Source: Octopus vulgaris (lineage: Eukaryota). From it: a stretch of 64,000 bases of DNA. The position numbers were made by a program, and so were the translations under genes. Below, piece by piece: positions 14,978 through 29,659 of the stretch (within the stretch, counting starts at the first letter, position 1; each line of letters begins with the position of its first letter). The stretch is from positions 84,630,001 to 84,694,000 of the forward strand of contig OX597815.1 in the NCBI GenBank assembly GCA_951406725.2, written 5' to 3'. The notes beneath the pieces are model-generated. The model was not told the origin of the DNA. It was given only the letters and a program-made list of their open reading frames with translations, and did not search any database.

Positions 14978-15570
14978 GTATACCTGTGTATATATATCTG
15001 CATACATATGTGTATGTATATAGCACTAACTATTTATATACAGAGTGAGAGAGAAAGAGAGAGAGAGAGAGAGAGACAGTGAGGAGAAGAGTGATGGAAT
15101 TTTGAGTGGGAAAATATCTAAAAACAGCAAAATATGATTTGCTAATAATACTTAAACAATGTAACGGAAACAACAGAGTTAAACAACAGAAATACCAATA
15201 GCAACAATAGCAACAACAACAACACCGTAATAACAAATGCAAGACACTCTACAAGAACTACAACAACACGTTTAAGGAGCGCGTAGGTAATGATAAATAC
15301 ATTCCTTTTATGTGCATCTTCCTGTTCCATGAATAAGAAGGAAAAAAATGAAATAATAACAACAACAACAACAATAATAATAATAAAAATAATAATAATG
15401 ATAATAATCACATTGTTGCCTCTTTATATATATGAATAGTACATGAAGAGAAAGTATTGTCTAGCAGAAGTGGTAAGGCTGTGCTAGAGTGTGTTAGCGG
15501 CAGTTCGTTATTGGAATTACCGTAAACATGGCTGAAATCAATATATTGGTCCATGATAAATATGTTAAGC

Positions 15571-15641
<71 letters not shown>

Positions 15642-15688
15642 GTTTGTGTACATATATATATATGTACATATATATGTACATATATATA

Positions 15689-15743
<55 letters not shown>

Positions 15744-16130
15744 ATATATATGTGTGTGTGTGTGTATATGTGTATGTGTGTTTGTGTACATATATATATA
15801 TGTACATATGTATATATATATATGTACATATATATATATATATGTACATATATATGTATGTATACATAGACATATATATTATTACTTATATATACATATG
15901 AACATATAGGTGTGTGTGTATGTGTGTGACCTTGTGTGTGTATACACACGTACATACACTCACACATGCATATATACACACACACATATATATATATACA
16001 TACATACTTTCGACATACATATATGCATATATAGGCACATATACATACGAATCCGCTTGTGGAGGTATGTGTCTTAGATATTTTAACTCTCTAAACTCCA
16101 TTTATAATAGTTATAAGTATCTGTTCTAAA

Positions 16131-16191
<61 letters not shown>

Positions 16192-16304
16192 GTGTGTGTG
16201 TGTACATGCACATATACATACAGACACACTCACATATACGCACACCTATGTACATATGTATATATAACTAATAATTTATATGTTTATATATACATACATG
16301 TACA

Positions 16305-16346
<42 letters not shown>

Positions 16347-16483
16347 TGTGTATATGGATAAGTATGCTTGTTTGTATGCAATTAACTATACGTACGCATG
16401 TATGTAAGTTTTGTTTTTAATGTAAAAGAAAATTATAAGAAACACTCAGTGTAGAGTGTATAATTATATTTATTCGGTCGGCT

Positions 16484-16651
16484 CCGCTTGCCGTTATTTT
16501 AGGTTTACCTTGACACGATCAATCAAATGGCATGATGTGCTGCAAAGAAATTTTTTTTCTTTACTTAAGATTAATGAAAATTTTTCATTATAGTACATCA
16601 TGCCATCTGACTGATCGTGTGAACGTTAAACCTAAATAGAATAGCAAGCGG
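16484..16651. repeat. Imperfect palindrome with ~60-bp arms
   Basis: ccgcttgc..tttaggtttaccttgacacgatcaatcaaatggcatgatgt versus acatcatgccatctgactgatcgtgtgaacgttaaacctaaa..gcaagcgg. Confidence 0.8.
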
Positions 16652-17766
16652 CGTCGGTTACAAAAATGTATACATGTACATATATATGTGTGCTATTTTT
16701 GTTGACGCTTATGTTGGTAGTCCTTGTGATAATTGACGTGGCACTTGTCGTGTTGGTGGTACATTTAATAGAAATGATAGATCTATTTGTGGTGATAGTG
16801 TCATAAGCTGTTGTAACGACGCTGTTGTTTTTGTCTAGCTTCACTTCAATCCCGATCGAACCTGTGATGATAGGCTATAGCAATCCAATTTGCACATCAA
16901 CAATAGTCTTCGCAAGACCATACTGGCGAATTTTCTCTTTTTAACATGTCATTTTGTGACTTGAGTGAGACTTGGTTGCTGCTTCCAGAAGATTCACAGA
17001 AACGTAGAGGGTTCACATTTTGACTTTTTTATTTTTAAATTTTGAAGACAGCAATTGAAAGGAGATTTGTGTGAAGCGAAAAATGAAGGGAACATTCACA
17101 CACACCTTAAGTTGTGGAGGGGATATTAAGAACGGAACGCGTCCTGAACCTCCCATGAAACCCAATGTAACAGGAGGACGAAAGAAGAGTTTATCCAAAA
17201 AGGAGGAGGTAACACCTCAAATGCATCGTCCGTAAAAGAAAAAAAAAATTAGTATGAGTGTAAGCAAATTTAAAATCTGTTTCTTCAGTTATAAATCACA
17301 TCTTCAGAAATGAAAAAAATAGAAATAACTAAGACTTATTGCATGAAAATTGAACGTGCCTGCCCAAAATATTGATGAAATAGAAATTGAACTGTTATAG
17401 CTACAATGCCTTTAATGATTGTTTGCTATGGTCAGTACTGCAGTAGGCCTAACAACAAAAATACCAATAGCACATCGAATGAACGATCTTCGAAAATTGA
17501 ACGAAATCATGCCATCTTTGTACAGTGGAGCAATATATTATATAGAACCAAGCAAAAAGTTAAAGTGGGGTGTAAGACCAAAATAGCATCGTGAAAATAA
17601 ATTCTCCGTAACAAATTATAACACTAAATTGAAACTTTATTGTTCTAACAGCTGTAAACAAAAAAGATTTTCAGAAAGTCGGCCATTTAATAGCACAGAA
17701 CACCATAAATAACTAGTCAAATTTAACAAACATTAGCAATTATATACACATAGATATATCAAATTA

Positions 17767-19130
17767 AGTAACAGGATTTTAAGTAGTAATGCAGTACGAC
17801 CGTTTCAAGGGGCTCCGTGTAATTTAACATTCCTATTTACCTTCGCTTATACTGATATAGCAATCGTTAAGCATGTTGCATTTCATCTCCGCTTGTATGC
17901 GGTTTAAGATGTCGCTCAATATGGCTCTTAAATAGTTATTTTTTTCCTCTTCTTAAATTGATATTTTCACTTACTTATGTTTATGCCAAATAATAATACT
18001 ATATTCTTTTGTATAAGCGTATATATACGTGCGTATATGTATATATGTGTGTGTATGTGTATAAAAACCCTCTTTTTATATTTACCTGTATGCATTATTT
18101 TTATACTATTACACCTACTTTTATCAGTACACACTTTTTTCTTCTATGCTTATATCTAATTATGTCTATGTATTACCATTGTTTTATTATCCGGCTTCTG
18201 ATTCATTACTTTCAATCAATAGATAGTATGTATATCTTTCTAGATATTCCATATGTAAGTGGTTTGAGTGGTCTTTTTAGAAAGCACCTAGTAATTAATT
18301 AAGTAAAGATGAGGTATTAAATTGATTCTACCTAATAGTAATCTTCCTTTTAATGTTTAAAATTTATCCATATACACCTTTTAGCTAACTTGGTTGTTAT
18401 CACTTTCTAGAATCTTAAAAATTTATTTCATCTCTATACAACGTATTGTTTATAAAAGTTCTCCCATTGAGCCCTGCTACTTACCTGGATCTTACTGTGG
18501 TATCATAAGTTTCATAGTGTTTGCTCCTTTAACTGGTAACAACATAATGAATTAATGTCACCCCCACACCATCTCTTTTATAGACAGTTACTTCTAATTG
18601 ACTCTTTCTAAAGCTTTGTTTCTTTTTCTTGTGGGTAGCGGGGTACCTGTGACAATATTTATGACCAACAGCCAGCCAGGAGATGGCAACTCACTTTGCT
18701 CTTTATTCTAAATACACACTGTCTTCTAGTCTCAGATTTTAGTTCATCATAAAGAGATAGATAGATTGGAAATGAATTATAAACCTATGACCCCCACTCT
18801 GTTCCATGCCACTCTAAAAAATTGTAGTCTGTTCTCTTAACTATTTTTGCTACAATAGCGACAAAATGAATTTCTTCCATCTTCTTGCTCTCTTAAAATA
18901 TTTAAGAAAAATTATATTAATGAATCTTGTCTGTTGAAGTTCCATATTTGTGCAGCTGAAGATAGTACTACATTTACATTGACGTAGTGATTGCATTGTT
19001 CAATTAAATGGAGCCGTTTGAAGCGGTCGTACTGCAGTACTACTTGAAATCCTGTTACTCGTCTTGGTGTTAATCACCTTACTTCTAGCTGTGCGGATAA
19101 TATGACCAGGTGCTTCAACTGAATCTTAAT
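17767..19130. mobile_element. ~1.4-kb element with inverted termini (putative PLE derivative)
   Basis: 17767-17835 is the reverse complement of about 18998-19059. Terminal motifs recur at 27690-27745 (reverse), 29085-29150 and 52296-52375. Confidence 0.55.
18951..19036 (+). ncRNA. Type-I hammerhead-like motif with long stem II
   Basis: tgcag CTGAAGA (57 nt) GAAg c-ggtc-g TA ctgca. Stem I is a perfect 5 bp and the cleavage triplet is GUA. The inverted copy near 17790-17806 has canonical GAAA. Confidence 0.5.
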
Positions 19131-19169
19131 TACTTCTGTGTGTGTGCGTGTGCATGTGTGTGTGTGTAT

Positions 19170-19590
19170 TCTTTTATTCTTTTACTTCTTTCAGTCATTT
19201 GAATGCGTGTATGCTGGAGCACCGCCTTAAAAGGTTTTAGTCGAAGAATTCGACCCCAGGACTTATTCTTTGTAAGCTTAGTAAGCATACATCGCCAGCA
19301 TACATCGCCACCACTATTCCATGGTGGTGGCGATGTATGGTGGTGATGATAAATATCAATATTTCAGATGCTCATTAGGGCTTAGACCTGGCAGAACCTT
19401 TAACACACCGGCCAAAATGTTTGGCGACATTCTGTCCGTTTTTACGTTCTGAGTTCAAATCACGTCGAGGTCGACTTTCTTTTGCATCCATTCGGAGTTA
19501 ATGAAATAACCAGTTGAACACTGGGGTCGATCTAATTGACTCATTCTATCCCCTGAAATAGTTACCCTTGAGCTTAAATTTGAATCCAAT
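19170..19590. mobile_element. SINE remnants: family A 3' part (19170-19290, minus) and family B (19385-19590, plus)
   Basis: Matches to 8850-8948 and to 58915-59080 respectively. Confidence 0.8.
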
Positions 19591-21418
19591 ATTTTTAAGA
19601 TGATCACCAATACTAACTAACCTTCCAATTTGAATATATATCAATTATATCAAATTTATATTTACATCGATGTTGTTTTTTTTCCGAAATATGTTGTTCT
19701 TAAATTATGCCTATAACGTATCCAAATATTTATTGAAAGTTAGCAATAAACTACAAATTATTAAATAATTTTAGGTCCCGAATTATATATATTTTTTCCT
19801 GTTTATATGTGTGTATACGTGTGCATAGATACATACATACACATATGTTCATGTCCATAGATTATATGTGTGCGCATGTGTGTGTGTGAGTGTGTGTGTG
19901 TGTTTGTGTATACGTACACACAAATCTCCAAAAATAACAAAATCTAATCTGTTGGTAATTTAACATCTTCAGGCAATATCAGTTGATATATAGATTTTTT
20001 TTCCTTCACTATTTTAATTTGGCGTCAGATTCAAAAATACAGCTACGATATATTTACGTTTAAATCGATATACTGAATTAGATATAGTTGGTGTAATAAA
20101 CTGACACTTGAATTGGTAATTGTGTATTGACTATCATCGCTTCAGACTGTGCACCAGTTTACCCCTCTGGGTTTAGGGGGGAAAAAAACCTCATTCATAT
20201 CTTTGAAGCCAGACCTACTCGTGTCAGGATTCGTGTGGTGTCTGTGTTTGAGATGTTTCCTAAACACCCCCTCCCATTGAGAACTCATCTATAATTTTAC
20301 TAGACCTATTTCACAAATATAAGAAATCCCTGTTGTTGATGTCTACTTAAGTGCTCTCACCTTTAAAGATATATTAACCGTGTCGAGAAGACCAAGAGTC
20401 GTTCGTTCTACTATCGTAAAATGTGGTGATTTTGTTTATCGCTCTAATTATTCTCTATGCTCAGTAATCTCGTCCAGCCTTCTATTAAAATTTACTTCTG
20501 TCAAATAGTCAGTAGATAGTCAATAGATTTAAAGAGAATGTACTAAATAATCAAACAAGTGGTTGTTAATTTGTTTGTATCACTACCTAAAAGTTGTATT
20601 TATTCTACTTCTTACTAGTGCTCTAAACTCTCAGTTGACCGTTCTTCAAAATTTGACAGGAGTCAATTACAGACTGACCCTTGCCAAAGTCTGAAGATTA
20701 GTGTTCGTTTTTTCTTGGAGGAAATAAAGCAAAGATTTCCCGTTGCCTTCTGCGAGTTTATTTATAGTTTACTCGGCAACTCTCCCATTCTTTTGACTTT
20801 AGCCTTGTCGCACAAAGCCTAACTAACCCTTAAGCGGAAGCAATGGTTCGCACATCTGGACAGACCCACCTGGCGGGCCTTCGTCACACATGTCCAAAAG
20901 GCTAGCTTTCTCCACGTATTCTATGCCTCAACCATAGAATCATTTTCTGCTATATGACCCGTAGCCGGACTACTTGACAGGTACTACAATCCCGGATCAA
21001 AGCGGACTTGAAAGCAGTGGGAAATAAGGAGTAACACCAAACTCACCAAATCTCCTGAACTCCCAAGCTGGAACCTTACCACCAGATGCAGTTTAATGAC
21101 TAGCCTAGGACTAACTAGTACTCAGATGATCCAACAGAGAGTTGAAGTTAACGATCAAAACTATTATAACACCCACCCACGTCATAAACACTGAGTAAGA
21201 ATCAGTTAATACGGTCTCCCCTTCAAATATCCCAATTAATTAAACAAATCTCTTACAAATCCCATAATTATTGGCTCACATGAATACCATCAAAGAATTT
21301 GTTTTTATGTCAGGTATTTACTATGAAATGTCCTGATGGTATTACGTTTTCATGAATCGTTGAACTCCACACCGAAAGCTAATCGAACAGTTACAACTTC
21401 ATGTTTGCAGTTCTTCCA

Positions 21419-21820
21419 CTCTTTACTCTTTACTCTTTTACTTGTTTCAGTCATTTGACTGCGGCCATGCTGGAGCACCGCCTTTAATCGAGCAACTCGA
21501 CCCCGGGACTTATTCTTTTGTAAGCCCAGTACTTATTCTATCGGTCTCTTTTGCCGAACCGCTAAGTAACGGGGACATAAACACACCAGCATCGGTTGTC
21601 AAACAATGCTAGGGGGACAAACACAGACACACAAACACACACACGCATACATATATACGACGGGCTTCTTTCAGTTTCCGTCTACCAAATCCATTCACAA
21701 GGCTTTGGTCGGCCCGGGGTTATAGCAGAAGACACCTGCCCAAGATGCCACGCAGTGGGACTGAACCCGGAACCATGTGGTTGGTAAACAAGCTACTTAC
21801 CACACAGCCACTCCTGCGCC
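21419..21820 (-). mobile_element. tRNA-derived SINE family A, full length
   Basis: Reverse complement of 8534-8948 with high identity. Confidence 0.9.
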
Positions 21821-21899
21821 TATACTTACTCTATGTCACTACTTACTCTATGCCAACAAGATGGGGTGAAACTTTGAAGATTGTGTATCTTGTCCACAG

Positions 21900-22019
21900 A
21901 ACTACGGCAACGCCAAAAGAATACGAATCACCAATCTCTTTAGTTCGGTTCGTTATCCAACATCCTACCGAATCAGTTATCTCGACGCACAAAACACAAA
22001 TCTGCCTTTGCCATCAGCT
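21900..22019 (+). CDS. Candidate internal coding exon (120 bp, phase 0-0) of an unidentified gene
   Basis: Acceptor tatcttgtccacag and donor gtatgt. Open frame NYGNAKRIRITNLFSSVRYPTSYRISYLDAQNTNLPLPSA. GC content is higher than the flanks. Confidence 0.35.
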
Positions 22020-22569
22020 GTATGTTTATGAACTTTAAACAGAGATTAATCATAAATCAAGCATAGAAATAACTTACTTAGTATTTTTTTTCACCTCGCT
22101 GTGAAATGTTCTTCACCTTTTTGAAACTGTTTATGGTTATTATATCGTGTGTATTATATTCGGGTTCTACTTTAGCATATTATCATAACCAAATAAAAAT
22201 CTCTCAAAACCATATTGAACTATGTTAAAAGCACATTTAATACTGGTTAATACCAGCTTACATTTCTCTAAAATTCTAATATATTCTTGTATGTCTTAAG
22301 TACAGAGAAAAGCTTTATGATAAAAGTTGTTGTCGAAATAACCTTTGCACATTTTAATGATGATGGCAAGATTTGCAGGCGAAATGCTGGTAGACGAAGC
22401 TAAGCATTACAAAGCACATTACTTGGAATTCTATTAATTCTGCTACATCTGTGACTTTTCCCCCGGTTTCAAAGGTATTATTTAACATCATTATACTCTG
22501 AGCCAATACACAAACTGTATGGAAGCCCAATGGATGGACTGTAGCAGTAATTTAATGGCAGAAACTTGT

Positions 22570-22832
22570 CACACACACGGGTCACCGATTTCTTGCTGAA
22601 CAAGCTGTACAAATGATTGTTCATTGTGATCAAGTGTATGAGCTGCACCCACTGTCAAACTGACGCTACATGAACAGGTGCACAGTGTACAACGTGTCAG
22701 GTGTCGAAGTGATCGCAGTGCAACATGAGGTGAAGTGTTTCGCTCACGAACACAACGCACCACCCCGATCCAGGAATTGAAACCATGACCCTCGCGGTCG
22801 TGAATGCAACACCACTAGGCTCTGCGCCCTCA
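22570..22832 (-). mobile_element. tRNA-derived SINE family C
   Basis: Minus-strand head with B box GGTTTCAATTCC. Homologous plus-strand copy at about 44241-44510. Confidence 0.7.
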
Positions 22833-22974
22833 CCTTACGTTTATCCATATAAACATGTGTGTGTGCGCGCATGCGTGTACATGTGCGTGCATGTGTGTAT
22901 ATATATATATATAAATAAGTGTGTGTGTATGTATACGTATGTGTGTATGTTTATGTATGTATGTGTGTTTATCT

Positions 22975-23481
22975 TAGAAATAACTGTGGTTTCACATGGA
23001 AGGACAAAGACTCTTATGAACAGTTGTTTCCTTAATGTGATATACAATGCAGTGAGACCGTCTTCATGCAGTTTTATATAAGATTGGTAAGTCATATTGC
23101 TAGGATGCATGATGAAATACTACCAAAATTCTCTCTTATATCCAATTTCAGATGGGAGTGCAAAGTGTAGGAAGATCTCTTCTCAGATACAGGAAGGAAC
23201 TGAAGAATGATATCAAGTACATTGGAATAAAAGTATCAGAAGTTGGAGAATGTGCTGCCGACCGTGATATACGGTGGATAATCAATCTAGTTAGCATTAA
23301 GAACCATATCAACTCAAGGATTGAGGGACTAGGCGATCGAAGGCAAGGCCAAAAGAATGCAGATTCCTTTCAGCGTTCTGTGCGTGAAGGATACGGTCTG
23401 GTTGGCAAAAACAAAGCAGGTCTCTTTGCCTCACAGAAGAAACACATACTAAAATGTAGAAGGGAAAAAAGAACAAAGTAA
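22975..23481 (+). mobile_element. RTE (BovB-like) LINE 3' fragment
   Basis: RLVSHIARMHDEILPK and GRSLLRYRKELKNDIKYIGI..ECAADR match the RTE C-terminal GH..RM.D.RLPK and GRP.LRYKD.LK..GI..A.DR motifs. Confidence 0.75.
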
Positions 23482-23911
23482 AATTCTTCGGTCTTCTTGC
23501 GTTGAACACGACAAGTGAGTCCATCGTATATATATTTATATACAAATATGTGTGCGTACCAGCTACCTCTGATGAGCGTAGAGTTATATAATCACATTGC
23601 TACCTATCACTCCGTTGTACACCTAGCGCGAAACCTACTGGTAAGATCAGCCGTGATGGATATATACTGTACAATTTGGATAATGCATATATATATCATT
23701 TCTGTACGTTGGAATCGAACCCATTATTTTTTGTATATGGTGTTTAGAATTGTACAAAAGCCGACTTACTTAGACAGATCTAGCTAACGGTCTTTCTTAA
23801 AAACAACACCAGACGCCTGTCTTCTAATTCGATTGCATGACCGGAAGTATTCAACTAGCATGGATATATATTGCTTGCAAATAAGAGCATTGTATAATCT
23901 TAACGATTGAA

Positions 23912-23980
<69 letters not shown>

Positions 23981-24012
23981 CATATATATATATATGTATG
24001 TAGGTATATATA

Positions 24013-24082
<70 letters not shown>

Positions 24083-24246
24083 TTTTCTTATATTAGTATC
24101 CGTGTATGTGTATGTGTCTGCGCGCACAGTTTGTGTAGGAGTGTATAGTATCACCGGATGTGCAATGGATTCAATGAAGGATAATAATGTATCACTTCCC
24201 AATATCGATAACCAAAGACCATCTAACAAACAGAATATTGATGTTT

Positions 24247-24300
<54 letters not shown>

Positions 24301-24391
24301 CGTGAGTGTGTGTGCGTGTGTGTGTGTGTATGTATGTATATGTATATATATTTGCATGCATATGAATATATATAATTTATATGCACATACT

Positions 24392-24435
<44 letters not shown>

Positions 24436-25419
24436 TGTATGTATATATGTTTATGTATATGTATTTACATGTAAATGCAGACATGTTTGGGTGTATGGGT
24501 GTGTGTATGTATCTGTGCACGTATGTGTATCTGTGTGTGTGTTTATGAGAGTTAGTAGAAAGTAAATTGATTTAGATAGTATTATCAATAAATACATCCG
24601 ACCCTGTAATCACTATATCTTGTATCACTATTATAGTAAAATAAATCAGCGCTATACCCACTGGTGATTTTGAAGTTCTCCGATTTCTTTAGTGTTTTTA
24701 TATTTGCTCTTTTTATATTTACTTTATTTTCATTTCCAGTAGATAAAAGTTCGTGTCACTAGTAAGACAGATCAATCACAATACTAACTTTACTTTCTTC
24801 TTGATATCAAGTTCAACTTGTTTAAGTTTCTCACAGATGTTCAGTTAGCAACTCCGATTATGTGAAATTGAACTGGCTTAGTTATATATTTTCGTTTCCT
24901 AACTTATTTTTGTTTTGTTTTTGTGTTATATATATATCAGAGGAAAAACATTCTCCGTGACTTATTAGGGATCTCTCTCAGACATGTAATATAGATGCTG
25001 TTGATACCAATTTGGGTATCTGCAAATCAATGTCTTTTGAGAAAAATCGTAGACTTTCAACAGACTTCACACTAGTGACTATGTAAAATAGGACGGATAT
25101 AAGAGGCCTGTTAGATTAAGAACATTTTTTTTTATTTCTTACTTATTTTTCAAGTATATTTTGTTGATGGGTGATTAGAAAGATGCGGAGGTTGCACAAG
25201 TAAATAAGTAAGTACGTGAGTGAGTTAGGTGTGTGTGGACCAGATATATCTACTGATAAGCTTTCAATAAAACGTAAGGGGTTCGCATCATATTGTGTTG
25301 TTTCACGTCCAAGACTTAACTAATGACCCAATCCATCTCTCAGAAATTGTATATGAACCATCGGGTAAAATGACTTCCCGCCACTGTTGCTGCTGTTGTT
25401 TCTGTTGTTATTGTCATCG

Positions 25420-25690
25420 TTTTTACAAGTGTATGTCAATGAATGCTCCATGAACCTGGCTTTGTTACATTTTTGGCGCTCGGAATTTAGCATTTAGAGA
25501 CCCAAATTTCTATTTTGCTTTGATTAGAATATATCATTGTTGGACCGTCTCCATTGCCAGCTTCTCCGTATGGTATTTTGATTGGGTTTCTTTTTATATT
25601 TCTGTAGCTGTCTCTCTTTCACAGGGTTGGGTTGCTGGTCCAATGACCAACTTTCCTTCTTCTTTCCAGGCTTAGGACCGGCATGATAGG
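25420..25690 (-). mobile_element. RTE-like LINE 5' end remnant
   Basis: Minus strand tgccggtcctaagcctgg...gttggtcattggaccagcaaccc resembles the GCCGGTCCCAAGCCCGG..GGGTTG..AGCAACCC leader of RTE elements. Confidence 0.45.
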
Positions 25691-25759
25691 CCATAAATAT
25701 GAATGGAATGACATGAAAAAAAAAATCATCAATCGTTTTTGCTAATGAGTGTTCCTATT

Positions 25760-26020
25760 GTTCGGTCAACAAAACGGTTAAATAAGTGTGACCGAAAATT
25801 CCAGATACGTGTACCCTGAACATAATTTGCAGGGAATCAGCGTGATACGGCTTGCGCTTTGAAATACAGTTATAAGCTTTTCGACATGTTTCGCGCAGTT
25901 TCTGGCTATCCAATGTCAGTCAAGTAGCTTAACTTGAAAGACATTTGCCTGAGAAGTTACACTGTGGGACCGAACCCGAAACCTCATGATTGTTAAATAG
26001 ATTTCTTAATTATTCGGCAG
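25760..26020 (-). mobile_element. Diverged family A-related SINE
   Basis: ctgtgggaccgaacccgaaacc B-box region and gaaagacatttgcc match 21730-21790. Confidence 0.6.
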
Positions 26021-27209
26021 TGCATGTATCATCTAAGATTTCAATGTCCAATATGATTTTTTTCTTTTCTTTTTAAGGGTGTAACGAGATAAAAGTCGAT
26101 TTAATTGCTTTTTCTAGCTGATGAGCAACTAGAAACCTGTTTCTTCCTTGGTTCACGGACTCAACTCCTTGGTTCACTGGCTCAACAGTGGTTATACAGT
26201 TAATTGCGTTAGTTCCCAGAGCTATCGAAACCATTCACTTTTACATTTTGAAAGACACTCTAACAACATAACCCTGTTTTCAATTGTATTATCACCACAA
26301 CAGCCTGGGCACATATACACACTTATATGTGAGTATGTGTCCAAGTCGATCAGGATTAAACGATTGTTGAACGACAATAATTACAACTGCTTTGTCCTTA
26401 ACCAAGTAAATAGTTTGCGTTTGTACCAGGATCAACCAACAGTCTAACGTCATTTCACAATCTTTGAAATTGTGTTCTTTGCAAAGCTCGGCGTGTGTGT
26501 TAGCTGTTATTTTAAAATTTAGTGTAATATGATCTAAAGTAAAGTAATTCAATTTCAGAATCGTTATTTGTTCAATCTATAAATCAAATATTTCATATAT
26601 CTATTTTCAAATCTGTGATATTGTGTTAGGTTGTTGTCTTTATCATTTGTTGTTGTTTAAGTATTAATAATTCTATTTCAGGCGAAGACTGAAATAACTT
26701 AGTAATAATGTTAATAATCCAGAAATAGAAAAGCAATTTCATTCTTGGTTTTTGTTGTTGTTGTTTCTGCTGCTGTTGTTGTTGTTTTGCGCCACGTCAC
26801 CTAGCTTCTTCTCCCTGCATTTTGCCAGATAATCCAGAACACTATCCAGCATGCTGTATTTTTTAAAACGGCAGACGGTAATCAGAGTGAGATTTAGCTG
26901 TTATTTCTTGCAGATTCAGCGGCCACAAAGCGACTCCAATGTTGATTTGTTTTATTACTTTATATGGAACGCTAGTGAATGAATTCTCATCAGGTAGACT
27001 TGTGGCTACACTGCTTTATTTTATAGACTGTAACATTGGTCGGGTGGCCGAAAAACACGCTTTGAGATGCTTTGTACGCCCCTTAACTATCCTGGTTCAA
27101 ATCGTCCGTGACCCAATTGTTACTCTTTTGCCGTTCATATACTGATTACCTTTCATACAACGGAGTCGATTTAATCAATTGATAACGTCAGCCGTGGATA
27201 TAGCAAGCT

Positions 27210-27247
<38 letters not shown>

Positions 27248-27280
27248 CTCTCCCCCTCTCTCTCTTTTCTCTCTCTCTCT

Positions 27281-27315
<35 letters not shown>

Positions 27316-27435
27316 ATATATATATATATATATATACCGGAGTAAACACATAAATGTGAAACAAGGTGGAAAAAAGAGTACTCAAATACCAGTGGTAGAG
27401 TAATATGCTTTATTTAAAGCAGCAGAAAATTCAAC

Positions 27436-27483
27436 AAAATCTGTTACTCTGAGTTTCTCGTTGCCGTTCATCAGACAGTTTTT
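27436..27483 (-). ncRNA. Second, antisense copy of the same hammerhead motif
   Basis: Reverse complement of 27504-27551. Confidence 0.7.
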
Positions 27484-27503
27484 TGCTAGAAAAACTGTCT
27501 AGC

Positions 27504-27551
27504 AAAAACTGTCTGATGAACGGCAACGAGAAACTCAGAGTAACAGATTTT
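27504..27551 (+). ncRNA. Minimal type-I hammerhead ribozyme motif
   Basis: aaaa-a-ctgt CTGATGA a-cg-gcaa-cg-a GAAA ctc-a-gag TA acag-a-tttt. Catalytic boxes are intact, stems I, II and III form, and the cleavage triplet is GUA. Confidence 0.75.
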
Positions 27552-27578
27552 GTTGAATTTTCTGCTGCTTTAAATAAA

Positions 27579-27637
<59 letters not shown>

Positions 27638-27684
27638 GATAACAATAGCAATAATAATAATTAAGATTCAGATGAATAATGTAC

Positions 27685-29458
<1,774 letters not shown>

Positions 29459-29567
29459 AAGGATCAAAGGTCCTTCCTGAACCATAGACTCAAGGGATCG
29501 GTTGATTTTCCAGAATCTGTAGGGTATATATTCCCACAATTCTGCACGACACGCTGATCCATTGCAG

Positions 29568-29659
<92 letters not shown>

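Larger units (their letters stand above)
27337..27579. mobile_element. 243-bp TA-flanked fold-back mini-element (retrozyme-like / non-autonomous PLE)
   Basis: A ~70-bp leader is followed by a near-perfect inverted repeat (27408-27490 and 27498-27579). (TA)n lies on both sides. Confidence 0.75.

Noticed and set aside
16600-16640. CTGACTGA..GAACGTTA hammerhead-like string in the palindrome arm
   Set aside because: Box spacing is wrong, GAAA is incomplete and stem I does not pair.
26112-26150. CTGATGAgcaactaGAAAcctg hammerhead-like core, or an exon start after ttttctag
   Set aside because: No stem I or II pairing, and every reading frame from the acceptor meets a stop.
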